The position numbers and the translations under genes are program-made. Positions 39,251-49,240 of a DNA stretch of 64,000 nt are shown one piece after another (position 1 is the first letter of the stretch; every line of letters starts with the position of its first letter). Source of the stretch: Selaginella moellendorffii (taxonomy: Eukaryota > Plantae > Lycopodiophyta); contig NW_003314437.1 of the NCBI RefSeq assembly GCF_000143415.4, forward strand, positions 1 through 64,000, written 5' to 3'. The notes under the pieces are model-generated. The model had not been told where the DNA came from and did no database searches. It saw only the letters and a program-made list of their open reading frames with translations.

Positions 39251-42200
39251 TACAAATCGGGTCTGCACGAGACATTGGCACGAACACGGAAGCTCTGGGT
39301 TCAACTGAAGAAGCCACAAAAACCAGGACAAGGACGTGCACTAGCAACTAGCGCCTGGCAGGTAAGCCTCGTTGCATGTGGCATAGCATGTGGCCTCACG
39401 CCATTTCCATTGCAGGAATTCTCGAGTCTTCTCTCGAAAACACTGGGGGTCAATGACACACTCAGCATCCATAACATTCTACACGCGACAAAAGTTGTTT
39501 TTGACAAATGGGTAGATGTGCTAAGGAGGTACCATGACGGGGAGTTGCTAAACTCAATGGGTGTGGAGGACGGCCGGAAGCCCAATGATTTGAAGCTCAA
39601 CGCCTTGCGTTTCTCGCGGTCTCTAGACGACGACGACCTTCTGACAGTGGCTAATGCTCTTCTACTTGGTGAGGTAGTCTTCAACAAGACCAAAATGACT
39701 CCCGGCCATATTGTGACATACGAGGACTTGTGCACGACTCTGAGAGCTCGTGCGCTATTGAAGGATTGGATCTTCGAGCAAGTGGCCGTGGCGAGGGTGA
39801 GCATCGACACCACGCAAGAGATGATGGAAGAGCTGGACTTGTCAAATGAAGACATCGACGAGTACGTGAAGGGGGCCCCCAAGTTCATCGATCTGCTGCG
39901 GGATGCCACGAAAAGTAAAGCTGAGAAGTTGGATTAGTATCCAAATTTCATTAAGAGGGATGTCGACCGCCGGCTTCAGAAACAGCTCGACCCCGCAGCA
40001 GAGGCCTATCGAGAACCTTACCGGGTATACGTGAATTCGGATGAGGATCAAAGGTGGAGGAGCATCGTTTCCCGCGGAGATGAGCAGGTCAAGAACATCT
40101 TTTGTGTGATGGACTTCACAAACGAGGAGATCACTCATGCAGACGAAGTCAGCTCCATCATTGACTTAATGGTGGGACTTGCGGAGGTGGAATCTTCAGT
40201 CCACTATATGATCTACGACTCCGAATCCTATCACAAGTTCTGGAAGGCCTTGAACGAGGTGAAGGCTCGGTTGAAAGGCAAGGAGATGCGGGAGATCCAT
40301 GGGATAATGGCTAAGAAGAAGATACCGACGAATGTCCGCATCTTCACAGTCGCCCTTGTTATTGGTCCTGCAGCAGAGTGGGACTGGAGTGACTTCCCAG
40401 CTTCGTTCAACAAAGCCGATCGAATTGATCTGAGGGAGGTCAATTTACCCGTGCCTGAGGAACTGAAGACGGCTATGGAGCTTTCGAATCCAAAGAAAGC
40501 TCCAGGTGCAGCATGGGAAATGCTCAGCTGGGTCTTCAACACAATAGCGGGTGACTCCAAGGGCAAATGCGTTGTCGAGTACAACTGCGGCGGACTATTC
40601 TTTCGAGCCGTACTACTCAAGGGTGTCCCGTGTGTTGCGGTGACAAACTCCATTGAAGAGGTGACTTCAATGGAGCATATAATTACAGTTGCCAAAGAAA
40701 AACAGTATCTTCTCTACGAACCTGGTGAGTACGCACTTTAAGTTTAAATGTTATCTCACAAGCTCTGTATGCAGGAGCGTGGCCACCCCCAGATGCTGAA
40801 ACGGCGTTAACAGCTACTGATGTTAGGCCGAGGTCACAACCTGCACAAGGTAAGGTCACGTGAGGCCTCACACCATTTTGATTATAGATCGTTGTGAATA
40901 TTCAGACACGAGGACTGAAAAGCGCACTGGTGGCGCGTCGAAGAAGGACAAACAGACAAGCAATAGGAAAAAAGGAGGTACAAATTATATTTGCAATGGC
41001 GTGTGGTCTCATGCCATTCCTTGCAGGAGACACTTCTTCAAAGGCAAAACAGGCAAGCACCAGCCAAGCTCAAACTGACAGTGGTCATAAAAAGCGAAAG
41101 CACGTTGGACAGTCGTCGGGATCAGAGGCGTTTGATTCGAAAAGGAAGAAGGGCAACGAAAAGATGATAGGTAATGCCTCGCGGTTATGGCGTGTGTGCT
41201 CATGCCATTCATTGCAGATCAAGGGCTGAGTGAAAGGAGCCAGTCACCACCTTCTGACTCAGATTCCTATGGCGGACTCCCCTTCCCCAATCTCAATGGA
41301 GAGGTACAATGGATGAGGGATGCTTTTCAAGTCAGGGCCACGTTTTTCTCATCTCGTCGTCTTCGAAGGGTGCAAGAACGTGCAGAAACCATGTTAAGAC
41401 AGTCGGGTGAGGATACGGTCCTAGGTCACGCACTAAAACAGGCTATGGATGTCTTGTACGGTCCTAGGTCACGCACTAAAACAGGCTATGGATGTCTTGT
41501 ATTTTGAGATGGAGACTCGGCCAAAGGATTTTCCAAGATGTTCCTGGAAAAACAAGCAATCCAGCCTGAGCAGCCTATGGAAGAAATGCAAGAGGGGGAT
41601 GAGGAGCCAGAGAAAGATAATGAGCAGGAAGAGCAGAAGGACGAAGAGGAGGACGAAGAAGAGGAGGACGAAGAGGACTTGGATGGTCCTCACAATGGTG
41701 ACGATCACAATAACGACGATAACGATGATGACGATGATGGCCAGCCTGAGGTGGCCAAAGAGCAGCGGAGGAAGGTCATACAAGACAAACCATCAGGTAA
41801 ATAATAGTACATCCATTCCTAACCTTTTACCATTTCTAACATTGTCCATGTAGGTCGCAGAAGAAATGGTAAGTAGAGATTATTCAGTTGAATTAAGATA
41901 CAAACTCTAGCCTTTAGTGTCGAGGAAGGATAGTGCCAAGCAAGGGTCGAAACGTATGTCCAATCCTTCAGAATCAGCAGTGCGCCCAAGTGATATCGGT
42001 CCTAGTTCCTCAATAGTAGTTGATGGTAAATACAGTATAGTCAATTCAATGTGCTAATGAGTTTGTTTTTAGTAGCACGGGAGGATACCATCTCAATCGA
42101 AGGGAGATATTTGGACATGCATATGGATCCGCCAGTGGACTCTACTTGCCTGCAAGAGTCATCAGAGCTGGTGGAGGCTACTATCCATATCAACGCCAAG

Positions 42201-42696
42201 CAAGCTGACCACGCTCCACTTGATGCTGCCCATACCACTGAGTCAATCTTGTCCACGTATCCAACTGACGGTGACCAGGCGCCATTGGACCCGCATGAGG
42301 CCGCCCCAGCCGCCGAGCCGGTCGTATCCTCATTTCCAACGTGTGCCCAATCGTCTGACTACGCGCCGTTGGAACCTCCCTACACCGCCCCTGCTGCCTG
42401 TTCGGTCATGTCCACTTTGCCAACGGAGGCACCAGCTGAAATGGCGTGTGATCACACGCCATCGGAACCACCCCATGCCACTGTTGAGCCAGTTGTACCA
42501 GAGTCTACAGCTGAAATGGCATGTGCCCACACGCCATCGGATGCGATTGACCCCACATTGCAGAGGAGAGTATTTCCGCCCTTCACGTTTCCTCGACCAA
42601 AACCCTCTGAACGACCATCGGGAGCACCATTCGCTAATATTGTAGATGGTAAAATTGACTTGTACCATTTTTTATGCTAACGCATTTCATTTCAGA

Positions 42697-43435
42697 GTCA
42701 CGGCGAAAGTACTGTATCGTTTTTGATCTGAACGGTGTCCTTTTCTCCCATGAGCGTGGCTCGTCCTCGAATGTCACTGCACCCTCCAAAGCCTGCGGTC
42801 GCAAGTTGGTCAAAAGAGACAGATTCACATTAATCACACGGGAGAAACTGCGGGATCTAATAATGANNNNNNNNNNNNNNNNNNNNNNNNNNNNNNNNNN
42901 NNNNNNNNNNNNNNNNNNNNNNNNNNNNNNNNNNNNNNNNNNNNNNNNNNNNNNNNNNNNNNNNNNCGGGTTCAATTTGCAATTGGGAGTTTGGACATCC
43001 ATGATGCGCCACAATGCATTAACGTTGCTACAGATGATGCACGATCAGACGCGAGTAATATTACCATTTGACTTTCTCCTAACGCAGGAGGATTGCTTGA
43101 CTATGGTCCATGTGAGGGGTAGCAAGCCCATCTTCGTCAAGGCAGAGGCTGTAGTGATGAACCGGACTGCTAGGTCAAGTGAAATCCTCATCATCGATGA
43201 CTCGCCGATTAAAACTGCAGCGAACACGCACACATATGCAGTGCACCCCATCTCTTGCAGTATGGAAACTAGGGAGAAGAAACCGTATGTTCTGGGGGAC
43301 CTTGCAAAACGGCTTGAAGCGATGGTGATAGAGAACCGGCCAGTCCAGGAGGTGGCTGCAGAAATCAACCAAATGGCAGATGGAACGGTATATCAGAAGC
43401 CATTTGATCGGACAGACACCAGTCATCATTTATGA
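42697..43435 (+). CDS. FCP1/NIF-type HAD phosphatase-like domain (last exon, contains N gap)
   Basis: CIVFDLNGVL (motif I), LGVWTS (motif II), IFVK, ILIIDDSPIK (motif IV). Confidence 0.75.
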
Positions 43436-44040
43436 CATGTATATTGTCTAGCCAAGCACTATCCGCATCTCCATAATCTGCTCAACCGGATGGGTTCTTC
43501 GACCACTGAACATGAGCGTGGACGTATTAGAGAAGAGATGGCATTACTATTGGGTTTAAATCCTGATAGTGTGGAGAGTGATGAAATTCCAAGATTATTG
43601 TATAGGCGTTGGAGGCAAAAAATAACAGTCTGAGATGGCATGTATTTATTTAAAAATGTAACTTATTATGGCATGGGGTTCCATGCCATTGTATTAATAT
43701 TAAAAGACAATTCTTTGAGAGGATTTGCATTATACTAGAAGTGTTACAGCATGTTATTGGAAGTCTACGAAGTTGTTTTATTAATAAGGGGAAAGTAAAG
43801 ATTGAATGGGGACTTGGGCTCCACCTAGACTCGGAGCAATTGAGCCAATATTAAAAGGATGGAAAGAAATTGGACGACAATGACAAGGAGAAGAGAGAGG
43901 TGAAGCAGTGAGAAGTGATTGAGTAGACATTTCCTTGTTTAAAATAAAATGGCATGTGCCTCAATGCAGTTGAATTTTGTTATATTTATATACTATATAA
44001 AGGTTTGGAAACCTTATTTTACAAGTGGGATAATGACAAT

Positions 44041-44064
44041 TCCCACTTTAACGAAATAGAGCTT
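44041..44064 (-). repeat. Right TIR of copy 1
   Basis: Exact reverse complement of 28966-28989. Confidence 0.92.
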
Positions 44065-44460
44065 AAGTACTTAAGTGGGGCACCACTCCACATGAACCAA
44101 GAGCACTGCAGTTGGTTTCCCTTCCAGGAGTGGGAGCTGCTCTTGAGCACTTCTTTGGGTGGCCCCTCCGGCACCACTTAAGTCCATGCTCACTCCCACC
44201 TAAGGCCCCTTATCCCCAATATGAACCTTGAGTCAGTTTGGACGCATCACTAGAGAGTTCTTTATGGACTAGTTCCTAGACCTATACTTTTGAAACCCCT
44301 TACAGCCCTCCCCCCCCCCCTACCCCCTACATAGGAGACACACGCTTTGGGCTTTCACCCCACAACCTATATTGGTATTTAGACTCAATCTTAGAACTCG
44401 ATCTTGGACCCAACCTCGGACTCTGTCTCGGACTCGGTCTTGAACTCGGTCTTGCACTGA
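44065..44460. mobile_element. Partial family-B LTR
   Basis: Similar to 19785-20150 (ggggcaccact...ctttgggctttcaccc...ggactcggtctt). Confidence 0.55.
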
Positions 44461-44461
44461 C

Positions 44462-47400
44462 CTACTGACATGTTGGACATGTTTTTACATAGTTTTGGAC
44501 GTCTTTAGCCATATCTGGCAAGTGATACTTCCTCTTGAGCAAACCCATTGTCTTGGGCACTCTACTGTGTCTTGCAAAAGGTCCGTCATGACACTCTTTT
44601 AAGGTTACCTTCCTTAGTTCCCCTTCTGGAACATACACCCTTGTTTGTTTATAAAAAATGAGTTTATTGTGTTCCACATAGCCTTTTTTCTCTTCTGTTG
44701 GCAACTCATCTCTCTGGTAACCTTCCTATGCCTCCTAATTCCTCAACAACACTTCTTATGTTAGACTATCATTCTCATATGCTATCCACACATCATCCCA
44801 AAAGGTTGTTGTCGCATTGAATATCACCAACTTCAAGCTCACTTTTTGACTTAAAGCATCCGCCATGATGTTGCTCTTCCCAGGTATATATGGAATCTCA
44901 CAATCAAACTCGGCCAAAATATTGGCCCACTGACCCTATTTCCCTCTCAGGTCAAGCTGTGACAAGAAGTGTTTTGTTGCCACATTATCCGTGTTAACTT
45001 TGAAGTGTCTCCCAAAGTAATGTTGCCACTCCTTGAGTGCCTTGACCACCACAAACAATTCCTTCTCGTGGGCAGGCCACTTTTGCTGAGCTTTGTCCAA
45101 CATTTCTGAGAAGAATATTATTGGATGGTTGTCTTGCTTCAACACTAGTCTGTGCTAGACCATTGTTCTTATATATTGTGTGCACATTATCCCAAAATGT
45201 TGTTGTCACAAATCACCAACTTCAAGCTTGTTTTTCAATTTAGAGCATCTGCCACGTAGTTGCTCTTCCCAGGTTTATACAGAATCTCGCAATTAAACTC
45301 AGCCAAAGCATTGGCCCACTGACTCTGTTTCCCTTTTAGGTTGGGTTGTGACAAGAAGTGTTTCATTGCTACATTATCCATGTAAACTTTGAAGTGTCAC
45401 TCCTCTGGCACAAAATTGTAAACTCCTCAATTTAAACTTCTTGAGAGATCATCCAGCCCAACTATTTAAATCCAAGGACACTTAACCCCAAAGCAAAGTT
45501 GTCATCACTCTTACTATCTAGTAAAATCTGCATTGGACTTCTATAGAACATGCCAATATTGATGCATGAGTGTCCTCAGGCTCCATCTTGTTCTACATAC
45601 AGTTGAGTTAATGAGCAATGATCAAAAGCTGCTTCCTCTAACTGGAATGGTCCTCCTAGTTATCCTCATGCTGTACATTTTACAACTTTGTAGTATTCAA
45701 CCTATCGTCATTAAAAGACTAGTCATTCTTTTCACTCTATCACTTATGCTTCAGCTATGGACAATCAGTCTTATAATGTCCAAACTCATTGCAATGATAA
45801 TAACCTTGGCTATAATTCTTCACAAAAAACTTCTACCTTTTTCTATCCAAAGTAGTCACCACAGACTTAAGCTTTGATGTTTGTTCCCGTTCTTATATCC
45901 ACAATGATCATCCCTAAGATTCTCAACATAAGGACTCAAACACTTGCAAGACTTGTGTTTATCATTGTCAAGTTGGCAAGCCTCATCAAAGAGCTCTTCC
46001 AAACTCTTTATAGGCTGGGAAAGTGGTATGTTGCATACTTTCACTATAAAAGCCATCAATGAAGAAGGAGTTGTTTCGATTTGGACCCTTCATTGGAACA
46101 TTGTCGCGAATGTGACTTTGGGTATTGAAAGATATTTGTCAGTCAGTCCTTATAGGCACTCTTTCCTTACTGCCATGACAACAGGAGGCCGGTACTGCTA
46201 GTTCACTTTATTAGCCCCTCTTGTCCAAGTGTTAGTAAACTGGACTTAGCATCTGTACTTGGCCGGATGAACATAAGGAAGGAATTCCTAAGTGTCTATT
46301 TAACCAAGCATACTTGGCCCGACTTGTTAGTTCTCTTTTGCTTTGTCTTGCACTGACTTGGCAAGAACCCTCACATGTTGAGACTAATCCCTCAATATTG
46401 CTAGATGATAGCTTACCGTGTCTACCAAACACCCTCGCTATCATGCCCTTTGTGTTAGTCTCATTTTGGTCCCAAATGCTAATTATGGAAAGTGTCTAAA
46501 TTTGCTCATTTGGCATATAAAGATTGGCCTGAACACAATAGTGTTCGTCCCATGTCCAAATTCACAATCTAATACCATTCCATATTTAGTAAGTTTGAGC
46601 TGTCNNNNNNNNNNNNNNNNNNNNNNNNNNNNNNNNNNNNNNNNNNNNNNNNNNNNNNNNNNNNNNNNNNNNNNNNNNNNNNNNNNNNNNNNNNNNNNNN
46701 NNNNGCCGGATATGGGGGCTTCCAAAATGTATAGTAAGGATAATGGTTGGAATGCATGTCCGACCACCTGAGACATTAGTTTGGCTCCCGTTGGGCTTTG
46801 TCGCTCCTTGTTCTACGTCTAGCTTGGGTCTAAGCCCAAGCTCCACGCTGCTCTAGTCAGTGGGGTACCCTCCTCCTTGCGTTAGGCCACCAGTATGCCA
46901 AAATTGTGCCAGACTCCGTCTAACACCATTTTGCATGTAGATGCTGGATATGGGGAGTTGGTGCTCGTGGGATTGTACCAGACCCTTGTTTCGTAGTGCA
47001 ACAGGCTTGGAGTTTAGTTCCAAATTTAAGTGCACTACAAACATGGCCAATCAAATGAGTAAGCTTTTCAATATAATCACAAAGCATCATTTTCCCTTGC
47101 TAGAAATGTCAAAGTTCTGTGCAAGCATTTTTCCATGTTATAGTGAAGGGTAAAACAAAAACAAAAAGAAACCTCAAACTCATCTATGGTAAATACTAAT
47201 GGTTTCTTATTTGCAACATGAAACTCTTCAAGCTAATTCCACTATCAAAGACCCACATGTAAAACCATTGGAATAGCCACTAAAGCCTTTGTATCTAGGG
47301 TTCCCCTGGCAGCCAAGAACTTCTTTATATTAGCTAGCTAAATTAGACACTTGTCCACACCACCATCACCAAAAAAAGTTGGAATTTTGAATCACTCTAC

Positions 47401-47653
47401 CGAGAAATCTTACTTAGAGCACCACCACGTCCAACCTCAACTACCTCAACATGCCCACTTGTAGTATCCATTATGCTATGCATCCCGTCTTGCATCTCTT
47501 GCTAATTTTGATTAAAGGTATGGCTAATGAACAACATCTAGAATAATCCAAACCTCTATAGCTCTATCAACACCTTCATTGGTAGCACTGTTGACAATAG
47601 GATTCTAACATTAATTTTGGTCAGCCATTATAACCAACTTATCTTTGATACCA
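44462..47653 (-). mobile_element. Degenerate Ty3/gypsy internal region (RNase H, integrase zinc finger, gag-like remnants)
   Basis: ECHDGP...YHLPDMAKDVQNYVKTCPTCQ; FFSEMLDKAQQKWPAHEKELFVVVKALKEWQHY...TDN; duplicated RNase H end at 45170-45400. PBS (reverse complement TGGTATCAAAG) at ~47643-47653. Confidence 0.8.
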
Positions 47654-47654
47654 A

Positions 47655-48092
47655 TATTATGACCCAGTGCTAAAAACAAAAGGTCTAGTCTCCCTAGACT
47701 ATACTACACCTCTATCTTGAAGTTCCACAACCCTCAAGCTACCTCAAAGGCTCCACTGCATCATTGCTCTAGGATAAGTTAAGTTTCTTACCTTACCATA
47801 CCTTAATATAACCTTGAGCTTCTCTTTGACCTACATTGACCATATTGTCAAAACTGGCACCTAATATGTTATGATCCAGCCCAAAAAGACAAAAATTTAG
47901 TCTCCCTAGAGTACGCTACACCTCTTCTTGAGGTTCCTCACCCCAGCCCTGAGCTACCTCAAAATCTCCATTGTGCCACCACTCCACTGTGAGCCCTAGG
48001 GTAGGTTAAGTTGTTTACTTTAACATGCATTAATATACCCTTGAGCTTCCCTTGACCGACATTGACCACGTGGTAAAAGCTAGTACCTAACA
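47655..48092 (-). repeat. Two abutting short LTRs (47655-47866 and 47867-48092)
   Basis: Direct repeats of ~210-225 bp (t[a/g]ttatga...cctaa[t/c]a). PBS on one side, polypurine tract (reverse complement GGAGGGGAAGAA) on the other. Confidence 0.75.
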
Positions 48093-49240
48093 ATTCTTCC
48101 CCTCCAACAAAGTCCTTATCCAAAGGACTAGTTGTACTAGTGATCACCCTTTCTAGGGAACCCTACTCAAGCTCTTGGTCCATCTTCCAAAGCAAAATAC
48201 ATCAAGCAGGCATTGGGCCCTTCACTCCAAAATAGTACACCTTTCGCTCCAATGCGCTCCAACACTTTATATGAACTAGCATACTGATGAGAAATTTTAT
48301 CACTCTTCCCATTTCATAAAGGTAATTAAGGTGTTCTGTCACTCACTTGATGGAAAGATCACTTACACAAAAACGAGATCACCTATCTTATATTCTCAGA
48401 ATTGGCAATGCTCATTAGCAAACTTCTCTATTCTATCCTGAGCTGCTTACAAATTCTATATGCATACCATCAAAATCTCATCAAGTTCTGTGGCTAGATT
48501 AGTTGCTTCAGAATCAAGCTTATTTTGAACATCCTTACTCAAATGCAATCCCAACTCTATCATTATTCAAAGATGCCTTTCAAATATGGCAAAGTAAGGA
48601 CTTAGCTTGATTCCACAGTGTTGGCTATTGTTATAAATAAATTGCACCAATAGAAGATATAAATCCCACTATCCCTAGCTTTGACTAATGCTACAATATA
48701 GCATATCCTCCACCACCTGATTCATATGCTTGATTTTCCCATCTATCTGAGGATGATCTCCATTTAAGAGTTTCAAAGTCACTTATATAGCATTTGCAAA
48801 CTCTTTCAAAATCCACTAATAAACTTTAAATCTCATTCACTAATAATATCCTTTGCAAACCAAAATCAAGGAAAACCTTCTCCAAGTAGACCACAATCAA
48901 GTTTGAGGTAGTGANNNNNNNNNNNNNNNNNNNNNNNNNNNNNNNNNNNNNNNNNNNNNNNNNNNNNNNNNNNNNNNNNNNNNNNNNNNNNNNNNNNNNN
49001 NNNNNNNNNNNNNNTACAAAGCATGAGCAATGGAGAGTAACTCTTGTTCTATGTAGAATAGTATTGCTCCACAGGATTCAAAATTTGACTCTCATATGCA
49101 ATAGGCTATCCCTCTTGCATGAGAATTCCTCTTAGTGCATAACCACTTACATCATATGTCACCTTATAAGGTTTTGATGGATCAATAATGCAAAATATTA
49201 GAGCTTCACTCAACGACCATTTTAATGCCATAAAACTCTT
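48093..49240 (-). pseudogene. Degenerate Ty3/gypsy integrase C-terminal half
   Basis: Reverse-complement translations HPQIDGK..MNQVVEDML, AAQDRIEKFANEH and GDLVFV, all integrase-like. Confidence 0.65.

Larger units (their letters stand above)
38162..43435 (+). pseudogene. Multi-exon cargo gene: ParB/Srx-like domain, possible MTase-like segment, acidic and Pro-rich linkers, FCP1/NIF HAD phosphatase domain
   Basis: Frame-preserving GT-AG introns traced at 39362-39415, 40725-40774, 40850-40887 or 40905, 40978-41026, 41171-41217, 41797-41853 and 42649-42696. The small exons at ~41870-42070 are not fully resolved. In-frame TAG at 39935-39937; 43-bp tandem duplication at 41414-41501. True start not resolved. 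Confidence 0.7.
28966..44064. mobile_element. Large TIR DNA transposon, copy 1 (Sola-like transposase plus divergent cargo gene)
   Basis: Perfect 24-bp TIRs: AAGCTCTATTTCGTTAAAGTGGGA (28966-28989) and TCCCACTTTAACGAAATAGAGCTT (44041-44064). Copy 2 starts with the same terminus at 52418. Confidence 0.9.

Noticed and set aside
39915-39937. GT...AG micro-intron removing the shared TAG
   Set aside because: Only 23 nt long and would shift the frame, whereas the downstream sequence is already in frame.
29192-43970. Dispersed 22-bp palindromes as a CRISPR array
   Set aside because: Spacing is irregular (tens of bp to kb), the centre is variable, copies are embedded in introns and exons, there are no cas genes, and the context is eukaryotic.
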